A stretch of 64,000 nt of DNA, taken from contig OZ244799.1 in NCBI GenBank assembly GCA_965219955.1, forward strand, positions 1,536,001 to 1,600,000, read 5' to 3'. The notes beneath the pieces were generated by a model. It saw nothing but the letters and a program-made list of their open reading frames with translations. It was not told the origin of the DNA and did not search any database. This document shows positions 48,710-57,704 of the stretch, piece after piece; the stretch's first letter is position 1; each line of letters begins with the position of its first letter. A program made the position numbers and the translations under genes. This DNA is from a bacterium. GTDB taxonomy: Bacteria > UBA8248.

Positions 48710-49948
48710 TCAGTCCTGGATGATCAGCTCTTCGCAATAGGGAGCGCGCGTCATGTAAACCGGCTCATCCTCGGTGATGAGGATATGATCCTCGATGCGC
48801 ACGCCTGCCCCGCCCGGAATCCCAGGCACGAATATGAGCGGCTCGATGGCGAACGTCATCCCCGGCGCGAAATCCACGCTCTCGGCGCCGGGCATCACCT
48901 CGCCCACGTAGGGCGGCTCGTTGGGCGATATGCCGCAGCCGTGCCCGATGAAGAGTTTAATGAAATTCTCTTCCAGACCTGCGGAACGAGCGACTTCCAG
49001 GAATTCCGCCGCCGAATCGTCGTTCGTGTACCCGGGGCGCATTTTCTCGATTCCCGCCCTGAGCGCCTTGTAGACGGTCGTATACACCTTCTTCTGCATG
49101 GGATGTGGCGGGCCGCCGGCCACCTTTGCGCGCCCGCAGTCACCGAAATAGCCGTTCCAGCAGGCGCCGATGTCGATGAAGACGATGTCCGCGTTTCTGA
49201 TGATTTTATCGGTGGGAAAGCGCGTCGGCGGCGCCATGTGCTCGCCCGAGGCGACGAACGGAGACGCCAGGTGTCCGAACTCGCCGCCGTGGGTGAAGAG
49301 CGTCTTCATCGCTTCTGCCGCCACGTCGAACTCGCGAACGCCCGGCTCGGCGTGGTTTAACGCCGTGATGGTCACGGCGTCGGCGATGGCGCAAGCCTGG
49401 TGGAGGCAGGCGATTTCGTCCGGCGTTTTCTGCACCCGGCTCATGTACATGAACTGCTCGCCGTCCACGAAGGTGGCTTCGGGGAAGTATTTTTCGATCA
49501 TCGCCCGCTGTGTGAACGTGTGCCCGTCGAGCCCGATGGTGCCGTTCGAAACCCCCCAGTCATCGAAACGCGTCTTGATGTCGGTGCCCACCGTGTGCTC
49601 GACGAGACCCGGCTCCTCCAGGATGCCGATGGGCACGTAGTCGTCGATCCAGGGCATGCACTCCTCGATGCGGTGCGCCTCGCCGCTCGAGGCGAGCAGC
49701 GTCGGGTTGCCCTCCTGCCTCAGCAGCACGCCGTAGGTGGTGGAGGAGCGGTACTGAATCATGATGACGCGCGCGCTGGTCAGATAGCGCACGTTCTCGT
49801 CCTTCCAGAGGATGAGGGCGTCGATGCCTTGTTCCTTCATCGCCGCCTGGGTCTTCTCGACGCGCTCTCGGCGCATGCGGTCCATGTCGATACGGTGCTC
49901 CCAGTCGACCATCATCGACCCGCGCGCCCACGTGGGGTAGTCCGTCAT
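48710..49948 (-). CDS. M24-family (Xaa-Pro peptidase/creatinase-like) hydrolase
   Basis: 'KTPDEI', 'IDIG..GYFGD', 'GHGCG', 'AIEP', 'GVRIED'. Confidence 0.9.
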   Translation of the reverse strand: MTDYPTWARGSMMVDWEHRIDMDRMRRERVEKTQAAMKEQGIDALILWKDENVRYLTSARVIMIQYRSSTTYGVLLRQEGNPTLLASSGEAHRIEECMPWIDDYVPIGILEEPGLVEHTVGTDIKTRFDDWGVSNGTIGLDGHTFTQRAMIEKYFPEATFVDGEQFMYMSRVQKTPDEIACLHQACAIADAVTITALNHAEPGVREFDVAAEAMKTLFTHGGEFGHLASPFVASGEHMAPPTRFPTDKIIRNADIVFIDIGACWNGYFGDCGRAKVAGGPPHPMQKKVYTTVYKALRAGIEKMRPGYTNDDSAAEFLEVARSAGLEENFIKLFIGHGCGISPNEPPYVGEVMPGAESVDFAPGMTFAIEPLIFVPGIPGGAGVRIEDHILITEDEPVYMTRAPYCEELIIQD

Positions 49949-50196
49949 TGCTTCTTCCTCCTCCTCGAAATACAAAGATTTCGGCCTGAAAATATCGAGT
50001 CCGCAAAGATGATTCTGAATATGAAATTCGCGGCGACGCTAGCACCCGCGCCTGAACCTGTCAAGAAAACGCAGACCCGGAGGTAGGCCGAAAGTACAGG
50101 ATTCCATCTCAAAGTTGACTTAACCCCGCCGCCTCGCTACTTTCGGGCCAAAGTTCACCACGAGCGTATTCGCCAAATTCAAATGGAGAACCACTG

Positions 50197-50964
50197 ATGA
50201 GCCTCGTCCTCTATGAAGTGAAAGATAAAACCGCCACCATCACCCTGAACCGGCCCGATAAACTCAACGCCTACACCGAGGAGATGGTGGACGAGATGTA
50301 CGAAGCCTGCCAGCGATTCGCGAAAGACGATGACGCCTGGACGGCCATCGTCACAGGCGCGGGTGATCGAGCCTTCTGCGCGGGCCACGACCTCAACCTG
50401 GTCGTGGAGAGCGAGGGCCAGTACAAAGACCACGATTCACCGACGGTATGGTACGGCGAATTCGAGATTTACAAACCCATGATCGCCGCGGTGAACGGCT
50501 ACGCCTTCGGAGGGGGGTGCTCGCTGGCGCTCTCGTGCGACATCCGGATTGCTTCCGAGAACGCCGTTTTCGGCTACCCGCAGCCCAAATACGGCGCGAT
50601 GAGCCTCGGCGGCCACCAGCGCATGCCCAAGACCATCCCCCCCGGCATCGCCATGGAATTCATGCTCACGGGGAGGAACATCCCGGCGGAAGAGGCCGCG
50701 CGCTGGGGCATGGTGAACAAGGTGGTACCCCAGGACGCGCTGATGGACGAGGCGCGCGCCATGGCCGCCCTCATCAACGAAAACGCGCCCCTGGCTGTGC
50801 AGCACACGAAAGAGGCGGTGCTCAAAGGCCTCAGAACGCCCGACGTGCGCGAGGGCATCGCCAATGCCAAACTCATCAGCTACCGCCTCCAGACCTCGCG
50901 CGACACGCAGGAGGGCCTCGCGGCCTTCATGGAGAAGAGAAAACCCGAATGGCAGGGCCGCTAA
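50197..50964 (+). CDS. Enoyl-CoA hydratase/isomerase family protein
   Basis: 'LNRPDKLNA', 'AFCAGHDL', 'IAAVNGYAFGGG', 'AF.EKRKP.W.G'; TTGACT-17-TACTTT upstream at 50115-50143. Confidence 0.92.
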   Translation: MSLVLYEVKDKTATITLNRPDKLNAYTEEMVDEMYEACQRFAKDDDAWTAIVTGAGDRAFCAGHDLNLVVESEGQYKDHDSPTVWYGEFEIYKPMIAAVNGYAFGGGCSLALSCDIRIASENAVFGYPQPKYGAMSLGGHQRMPKTIPPGIAMEFMLTGRNIPAEEAARWGMVNKVVPQDALMDEARAMAALINENAPLAVQHTKEAVLKGLRTPDVREGIANAKLISYRLQTSRDTQEGLAAFMEKRKPEWQGR

Positions 50965-51028
50965 GGCGCATGGACTACGCCCTCGCTTCACTGGAACTTA
51001 CATATGTATTCATATGAGGAACCCATAG

Positions 51029-52066
51029 ATGAATGATTCTCCAAAAATCGGTATGGCCTTCATCGGGCTCGGCTGGTGGGGCGCCGTGCTCGCGGACGCC
51101 GCCCTCGCCTCCGGGAAAGTGGTGGTGACCGGCGGATTCGCCCGCACGCCCTCCTCCCGCGAGGAATTCGTCGGCAAATACGGCGGCCGGAATTTTTCTT
51201 CTATTGACGAGGTGATGGCCGACCCTGAGACTGAAGCCGTCGTCATCGCCACGGCGAACTCCGTACACAAGGAAATCGCGGTTGCCGCCGCCCGCGCGGG
51301 CAAGCACGTTCATCTGGAAAAACCCATGGCGCTCAGCGTTTCCGACGCGAAAGCCGTCGAGCAGGCGTGCAGAGACCACGGCGTCAAACTCCACATGGGG
51401 CAGAACTTCCGGCGCTGGCCGATGTTCCGAAGAGCGAAGGAAATCGTGGATAGCGGGGACTTGGGACTGGTGAACTACACGGTCGCCACGTTTTCCAATA
51501 ATCACGGCTTCACCTCCGGCCCAAAGAGCATGCGGTGGGACGCCACGGAGAACCCGGGCGGGCCGCTCTACAGCTACACCATCCATCTCGCGGACATGAT
51601 GGAATACCTCTTCGGCGACGTGGACGAGGTGAGCGGCGCATGCGCCAAGGTGGGCGGCCCCAACCCCCAGGAAGACGCCGCCGCCGCCATCCTGCGCTTC
51701 AAGAGCGGGCTGATGGGCGTCATCTCGAGCAGCTATCTGGCCCCGTTCCACTTCGCCTACGACATTCAGGGCACCGAAGCGAACCTGAGCCTCTCCACGA
51801 CGGACAACCCGACCCTCAAGCGCCCCATCGACCTGATGGGCGGCCTCGAAACCACAATCGTGGAACTCGACCACGATCTCGTGGAGGGAAGACTCCTCGC
51901 CAACCGCGAGCAGTTCGACGACCTCGTCGACGCCATTCGGGAAGACAGGGACCCCGAGGTCACCGGACGCCACGGAGTCCGGGCGCTCGCCATCATGCGG
52001 GCCATTCTCAAGAGCAACGCCGAGAGGCGGATTGTGACGATCGAGGAGATTCTGGAGAACGACTAG
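51029..52066 (+). CDS. Gfo/Idh/MocA-family oxidoreductase
   Basis: 'IGLGWWG', 'GKHVHLEKPMA', 'GG.L....IH..D'. Confidence 0.9.
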   Translation: MNDSPKIGMAFIGLGWWGAVLADAALASGKVVVTGGFARTPSSREEFVGKYGGRNFSSIDEVMADPETEAVVIATANSVHKEIAVAAARAGKHVHLEKPMALSVSDAKAVEQACRDHGVKLHMGQNFRRWPMFRRAKEIVDSGDLGLVNYTVATFSNNHGFTSGPKSMRWDATENPGGPLYSYTIHLADMMEYLFGDVDEVSGACAKVGGPNPQEDAAAAILRFKSGLMGVISSSYLAPFHFAYDIQGTEANLSLSTTDNPTLKRPIDLMGGLETTIVELDHDLVEGRLLANREQFDDLVDAIREDRDPEVTGRHGVRALAIMRAILKSNAERRIVTIEEILEND

Positions 52067-52179
52067 GCCCGAATCAGCCCTCTCGCCAAGGGGGTCTGAT
52101 TCGCGTATAATCTTGCCTCGTTGGCCCATCGCATATCTGCGACTTGTTCCGCCCGGACTCGTCCCGGAAACCATCTCTC

Positions 52180-52974
52180 ATGGGCAGGCGCCGCGATACG
52201 CCGGATTTCACGCGCTCCAACAAATTCCCGGCGCTCGAATACCAACCCAAAGCCCAAGAGCGCGAACTCACCAGAAAACTCATAGAATCCCAGAGCGCGA
52301 GCGAGCGTGAAGCGCTGGGCCAGAAACTGCTCGACAGCATCTGCCGAAGCCTCGAAATCCCCCGCTCGCGCCTGCGCGTGCTCAACGAGCGGCAGCCCCA
52401 CAAAATGTATGAAGGAAAACTCGCCTCCAAGCTCTACGGCGTCTACTACTGCCAAAACGCGATGATCGAAATCGCCAACCTCACGTCGATTCGCAAACAG
52501 GTCGTCGCGGGCAAGACGTTTCTGGATACCCTCATCCACGAACTCATGCACCACATCGACAGGAAATTTCTCCGCATCCCCTCCACGCCCCACAGCCCCG
52601 GCTTTTACGCGCGCATCGAGGATTTGAAAGCCAAACTCATGCGCACGAGGGGCGGGGATCGGGCATCCCCGCAAGAAACCGCCTGGCAAAGACCCAGGGA
52701 CCTCACGGCGGCTCTCGAATCGGCGATCTCCAGTGCCCAGGCGGGAAACGCTCCTCAGAACCCCGGAAACCCGGTCCCGGCGGCCCGGCCTGAAACGAGA
52801 AAGCCGAGATGGACCCCACCGGGGGAATCTGAACTCCCCACCCATGCGAAGCCAGAAGAATCGAGTGCAACGGAAAAACCGCCACGCACGGAAGAAGAAC
52901 CCGCTTCCGCGAATCATCCCCAAAAAGGCGCTTCGGCGGAGAAGGAGCCGCAACTGTCGTTCGATTTTCAGTAG
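52180..52974 (+). CDS. SprT/WLM/YgjP-like zinc metalloprotease domain with disordered tail ending QLSFDFQ
   Basis: 'TLIHELMHH' followed by 'PHSPGFY'; Pro/Glu/Lys-rich low-complexity C-terminus. Start uncertain. Confidence 0.72.
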   Translation: MGRRRDTPDFTRSNKFPALEYQPKAQERELTRKLIESQSASEREALGQKLLDSICRSLEIPRSRLRVLNERQPHKMYEGKLASKLYGVYYCQNAMIEIANLTSIRKQVVAGKTFLDTLIHELMHHIDRKFLRIPSTPHSPGFYARIEDLKAKLMRTRGGDRASPQETAWQRPRDLTAALESAISSAQAGNAPQNPGNPVPAARPETRKPRWTPPGESELPTHAKPEESSATEKPPRTEEEPASANHPQKGASAEKEPQLSFDFQ

Positions 52975-53140
52975 CCACCGGAAAAGCTCCAACAATAGTC
53001 TTTGAGTCTTAATGCAATCCAGGCAAGAAAATACCGTATTCTGCCAACATCGTATTGCTAAGAGCACACGGCTTTCGAGTAGTTGCGACGATCATGTATG
53101 CTATGCGCATCAGTAGGAAGCGCTATTTGGAGATGTACTC

Positions 53141-54352
53141 ATGAAGTTCATCCATAAACTCAAAATGAGTGGTCTCCTCTCGTTTCCTCCCGACATGGAA
53201 CCATTTGAGCTCCATAATCTCAACGTCCTAATCGGTCCGAACGGCTCAGGCAAATCGAACATCATCGAAGTTATTGAACTCCTTCGCGCCACACCGACGG
53301 ATTTCGCGGACGCAATCCGGAACGGCGGCGGGGCGGAGGAATGGCTATGGAAAGGAGAAACCAAAAACAGGGTCGCTGAAATAGAAATCGAAACCGGGGA
53401 CATATCCACCGGCCTCAAGACGCCGAGCGGGCGGGCGTTACGCTACCGCTTGGAGTTCGTGGACAACAACACGCGGGTCGAAGTGGTCGACGAAGCGATC
53501 GAAGAGACAAAACCCCGCCCCGACAAGGAAGACACTTATTTCTACTACCGTTTCCAACGGGGAAACCCTGCTGTCAACATTAGGGAACAGGGCGAAGAGA
53601 TTCAAAAAGACAAACCCCCTCGACGGATCGAGCGGCGTGAACTCCAACCGGATCAGTCCGCTCTCAAACAAATCAGGGGGCCGGAATTATATCCAGAATT
53701 GACCTGGTTGGGACGACAATTTGAAGAAATCCAGATGCTGCGCGACTGGACTTTCGGTCGCTACACGAAACCACGTGAAGCGCAACGGGTAGATTTGCGC
53801 GAAGACCGGCTCCTTGACGACTGCCAAAATCTTGCCTTGATTCTCAATAAAATCGAACACGAGCAAGCCTCGCTTGAACTCAACAAAATGCTCAAACGCT
53901 TCTTCCCTCGCTTCGAGCGGATGTCCACCAAGGTATCCGGCGGCAGGATACAGTTTTACCTGCATGAGACAGGCTTCCATTCTGCAGTTCCGGCAACGCG
54001 CCTTTCGGACGGTACGCTCCGGTTCGTTGCGCTTCTTGCCACGTTGCTGACGCCTTCGCCACCACCGCTTGTTTGCATCGACGAACCGGAACTGGGCCTT
54101 CATCCCGACGCCATTTCCCTCATAGGCGACCTCATGATCGAGGCGTCCGAACGCACGCAACTCATCGTCGCGACCCATTCGGATGCGCTTATCTCCGTCC
54201 TGACCAGCAAACCGGATGCCGTCGTCGCCTGCGAGAGGCTGGACGAGGGAACGACGCTGCGTCGGCTCGACTCTGAAAAGCTAGCACACTGGCTAGAGGA
54301 TTATGCGCTCGGTGATTTGTGGCGCATGGGGGAGTTGGGCGCGAATCCGTGA
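53141..54352 (+). CDS. AAA_21/AbiEii-like ABC-type ATPase
   Basis: Walker A 'GPNGSGKSN', signature 'LSDGT', Walker B 'IDEPELGLHP', 'ATHS'. Confidence 0.92.
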   Translation: MKFIHKLKMSGLLSFPPDMEPFELHNLNVLIGPNGSGKSNIIEVIELLRATPTDFADAIRNGGGAEEWLWKGETKNRVAEIEIETGDISTGLKTPSGRALRYRLEFVDNNTRVEVVDEAIEETKPRPDKEDTYFYYRFQRGNPAVNIREQGEEIQKDKPPRRIERRELQPDQSALKQIRGPELYPELTWLGRQFEEIQMLRDWTFGRYTKPREAQRVDLREDRLLDDCQNLALILNKIEHEQASLELNKMLKRFFPRFERMSTKVSGGRIQFYLHETGFHSAVPATRLSDGTLRFVALLATLLTPSPPPLVCIDEPELGLHPDAISLIGDLMIEASERTQLIVATHSDALISVLTSKPDAVVACERLDEGTTLRRLDSEKLAHWLEDYALGDLWRMGELGANP

Positions 54353-54966
54353 ACATTGCGATCTATATGGAAGGTGGAGGGCTAAGGACTAACTCCAGGG
54401 CTATGCTACGCCAGGGCATGGATGCATTTCTGGCGGAAATCAAAGATGCTTACCGAGATAAGAAATGGGGTTGGAAACTGATTCCTTGCGGTACGCGGAA
54501 CGAAGCTTACAAAGGATTTCAAGGCGCGCGCGCAAATGGTACCGCCGATATTCTTGTGCTTCTCGTAGATTCGGAAACAAAGGTCGTAGTCTCAACGCCT
54601 ATCGACCATCTGACTACACGCGACGGATGGAATTTCCAAGGTGTCGATTGCGACATGCTCCACCTTATGGTTCAGACGATGGAGACATGGATCGTAGCCG
54701 ACCCGGAGACACTCAAGGTCTATTACGGGCAAGGTTTTCGGCAGAATGTTCTTCCCCGAAGCAGAAATCTTGAAGAAGTGAGTAAAACCAGTATTGAGCA
54801 GTCTCTTAGTAGAGCGACCCAAGGAACACGGAAAGGGAAGTACCATAAAATCAAACACGCCAGAGATCTTCTTCAACTGATTGACCCGATGAAGGTGCGA
54901 GAAAGGTGTCCTGATTATTGCAAGAGGCTGTTCGATACGCTTTTCCGGCTTATTGGCTCCACCTAG
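54349..54966 (+). CDS. DUF4276-like (TOPRIM-related) protein
   Basis: GTGA overlap with the ATPase; 'IYMEGGG', 'LLVDSE', 'MVQTMETWIVAD', 'YHKIKH'. Confidence 0.75.
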   Translation: MNIAIYMEGGGLRTNSRAMLRQGMDAFLAEIKDAYRDKKWGWKLIPCGTRNEAYKGFQGARANGTADILVLLVDSETKVVVSTPIDHLTTRDGWNFQGVDCDMLHLMVQTMETWIVADPETLKVYYGQGFRQNVLPRSRNLEEVSKTSIEQSLSRATQGTRKGKYHKIKHARDLLQLIDPMKVRERCPDYCKRLFDTLFRLIGST

Positions 54967-55326
54967 TTAAGCCTGAACCCGCTAACTCATACCCCGCCCC
55001 AAGACGACGGGGCCAAAAAGCCACCCCAAACACCGCTGCGCACAAGGGGAGAAGAGAACATTTCTCCGAATCATCCCCCAAAAGGCGCTTCCGGCGAGAA
55101 AGAACCGCAACTGTCGTTCGATTTTCAGTTCCTACAATCTACTTTAGATAAACGACAATAAAATTTTGAAGCATATCGTGAAAGAAATTCAAAAAAATTG
55201 CCCTTCAAGAACCGCCTTTTGCCTCCCGCTTCGAGCGGTTGTCTTTCATCCGGCGATTGGGTAAACAAGAGAACTGGGCATACGCCATCATACAATCAAG
55301 CGCACATCGCAGAGGAGTTTCCCTAT

Positions 55327-56019
55327 ATGAGGCCGGCTAACGATTCCGTCCCGAAACCCTGGGGGCCGCTGGCGGGTTTTTGGTCCTGGCAATACCTGAA
55401 CCTGTGGAAGACCATCAAACTCGTCACGAGCAAACGGGTCAAGAGTTTTTATGAGAAATTCCCAAACGTACTTCCTCCAGGCACCGCCTTCCCCGACTTC
55501 GAACTCAAGGACATTCACGGGAACGTCCACCGCATGGAGGATTATCTGGGGAAGAAATACGTGGTGATCACCACGGGCGCCATTACGTGACCGCCATACA
55601 GGCGGCAGGTGCCGTTTTATGAAGAGTTGCAGGAGAAATATGCGGACCGCGACGTGGTCGTCTTCAATCTCTACGTGAGGGAACCCCACGCGGGCGAGCG
55701 CGGATTCCCCGAGATCAGAAACCATGAATCCTACGAGCACAAGCGGAGCTACGCGCAGAAGCTGGCCGAGATCAAGGGCATGGAAACCAGCATCCTCGTC
55801 GACGAGATGGACCAGAAGGTGCATGCCATGCTCGGAGACCTGCCGAACACCATCTGGCTCATCGGCAAGGACGGGAAGGTGGCCTACAAGTGCACGTGGT
55901 CCAATGCGGAGCACGTGGATGAATATCTGGCCCGGATGGTGAACGAAGACCCCGCATTCGAGGGAATGCCGAAAATGGAGCACACCGTCTTCACCGCTCG
56001 CGCCGGCACGGCTATCTAG
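55327..56019 (+). CDS. Deiodinase-like thioredoxin-fold selenoprotein (Sec at codon 88)
   Basis: GAGGAG RBS; one continuous frame across TGA 55588-55590 gives 'PDFEL…VVITTGAIT-U-PPY…LYVREPH'; SECIS-like hairpin directly downstream. Confidence 0.82.
55595..55621 (+). promoter_or_regulatory. Bacterial SECIS-like hairpin
   Basis: CAUA-CA-GGCGGC-[AGGU]-GCCGUU-U-UAUG; the apical loop begins 16 nt after the UGA. Confidence 0.7.
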
Positions 56020-56032
56020 CGAAATTCGTCTT

Positions 56033-56070
56033 TGAAAAGCGCCCCCGTTTTCGAGGGGCGTTTTTCGTTT
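56033..56070 (+). terminator. Rho-independent terminator
   Basis: GAAAAGCGCCCC-loop-GGGGCGTTTTTC. Confidence 0.7.
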
Positions 56071-56096
56071 CTGTAGCGAATGGAGGAAACCCGGAC

Positions 56097-56621
56097 ATGG
56101 ACGCGCCGACAATCATCAAGGAGCGCCTGGAAGCCTACGGCATGAGGCTCAGAGAGGTCATGGAAGACGTCACCGATGAAGACCTCATGCTGCAACCCGG
56201 CCCGAACGACAACCCCATGGGCTGGCTCGTCTGGCACATGACGCGCTTTGAGGACAGGACGTTTTCGTTCCTCGGCGGAACCCCTGAGCTTTGGATAGCG
56301 GAGAAATGGCACGAACGGTTCGGCATGGCGCCCGACGCCGAATGCACCGGCGTGGGCTTCACGCTCGAACAGGTCCTGGCCCTTGAAGTCGGCAAGGACG
56401 GCCTGATGGGCTATTTCGAAGCGGTACGCAGGAAAACGCTCCCCTGCCTCTCGGGCTTGAGCGCGGCGGACCTCGACAGGGAAGAAATCGATTTCTACAC
56501 CAAGAAACCCATCAAGCTCGGCCTGGTCCTGGGAAGATTTCTCGGCGACCACCTCTCGCACGTCGGACAAATCTGCTATCTGAGGGGCCACATTGCAGGC
56601 TGGGGGCGATACCCCGCATAG
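56097..56621 (+). CDS. DinB-family (S-transferase-like) protein
   Basis: 'NPMGWLVWHM', 'H..H.GQI.YLR'. Confidence 0.85.
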   Translation: MDAPTIIKERLEAYGMRLREVMEDVTDEDLMLQPGPNDNPMGWLVWHMTRFEDRTFSFLGGTPELWIAEKWHERFGMAPDAECTGVGFTLEQVLALEVGKDGLMGYFEAVRRKTLPCLSGLSAADLDREEIDFYTKKPIKLGLVLGRFLGDHLSHVGQICYLRGHIAGWGRYPA

Positions 56622-56624
56622 GTT

Positions 56625-57626
56625 TCAGTCGAGTTCTCCCAATGTCCTGAGCGCGCGCTTCACGTCCTCTTCGGGCGTCTCGTCGGGGACGCGGAAAAGC
56701 GGCTGCGTGACGCCCATCTCCCTGATAGCGGCCAGCATTTCGTTGCATCTGGATTTCGGACCGCAGATGGCGAGGTCGTCCACCAGTTCATCCGAGAGCG
56801 CCTCTCCCGCTGCCCTGCGGCCGCCCTTCCGCCAGGCCGCCCGGATGTTGTCGGCGTCTTCCCCGTAGCCCCAGCGCGTGAGCTGGGCCTGGTAGTAGTC
56901 GCCCATCGCGCCGATGTAGAAGCCGAGTTCGGGCTTCACGAGGGCGCGCGCGCGATCGAGATCGTCAAAAGGCGCCGTGTAGACGAAGGGCGCCACGTCG
57001 ATCCCGGAGACCGCCCTGCCCGCCGATTCGGCGCCCTCCTGCAGGAATTCGAGCGCGTCCCTCGTCCTCGAAAAAGGAATGCAGAAAGGAATCCAGCCGT
57101 CTGCGATCTCTCCGGTCAGCCTCGTATAGTTCGGGCCGTTCGAGCCCAGATAGATGGGCAGGCGCTTCTGCACCGGCTTTCGCCTGAGCTTGAAGCCGCT
57201 CATCCGGTAGATTTCGCCGTCCAGTTCCACGCGCTCGCCCCGGAACGCCTGGCGCAGGGCTTCGACCATCTCGCGCGAGCGCTTGAGCGGACTGCCGAAG
57301 GGAACCCCGTGCCAGTTCTCGATCACCGCCTGTCCGCTCGAGCCGAGTCCCAGATGGAAGCGGCCATCGCTCATCACGTCGAGTTCCGCCGCCGTCTGGG
57401 CCATGAGGCCGGGCGTTCTCCCGTAGATGTTGAACACCGCGGCTCCCAGCTTGAGCTTGTCCACCGACTGCGCCGCCATCGCGATGAGGATGCTCCCGTC
57501 CCGAACCCAGGTCTCTGGAAACCAGAGTGAATCGATTCCAGAATCCTCGCACCACCGGGCGAATCGCGGAACCTCGCGCGCGTCGATGGTCTCCTGATGC
57601 CACAAAACGACCCCTTTTTTCGTCAT
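56625..57626 (-). CDS. LLM-class (luciferase-like) flavin/F420-dependent oxidoreductase
   Basis: 'RTP..MAQTAA.LD.MS.GRF.LGLG.S', 'PIYLG..GP', 'GEIADGW'. Confidence 0.9.
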   Translation of the reverse strand: MTKKGVVLWHQETIDAREVPRFARWCEDSGIDSLWFPETWVRDGSILIAMAAQSVDKLKLGAAVFNIYGRTPGLMAQTAAELDVMSDGRFHLGLGSSGQAVIENWHGVPFGSPLKRSREMVEALRQAFRGERVELDGEIYRMSGFKLRRKPVQKRLPIYLGSNGPNYTRLTGEIADGWIPFCIPFSRTRDALEFLQEGAESAGRAVSGIDVAPFVYTAPFDDLDRARALVKPELGFYIGAMGDYYQAQLTRWGYGEDADNIRAAWRKGGRRAAGEALSDELVDDLAICGPKSRCNEMLAAIREMGVTQPLFRVPDETPEEDVKRALRTLGELD

Positions 57627-57667
57627 GAACAGGTTCCCCTCCAAATGCAAGTCCTCGCTTGCCGCGC

Positions 57668-57696
57668 TTGACAGACGCGAGCATCTTCCCTATAAA
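57668..57696 (+). promoter_or_regulatory. Near-consensus sigma70 promoter of the DEAD-box helicase gene
   Basis: TTGACA-17 bp-TATAAA, ending 8 nt before GTG 57705. Confidence 0.65.
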
Positions 57697-57704
57697 AGCT
57701 CATC

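Larger units (their letters stand above)
52910..55129 (+). mobile_element. ~2.1-kb two-gene islet bounded by a 63-bp direct repeat
   Basis: 52910-52972 and 55067-55129 match at 57/63 positions (last 25 bp identical); cargo has lower GC. Confidence 0.7.

Noticed and set aside
55588-55590. Nonsense mutation or two separate genes at the TGA
   Set aside because: The stop falls exactly at the expected redox-active position and is followed by a SECIS-like hairpin, so Sec recoding is more parsimonious.
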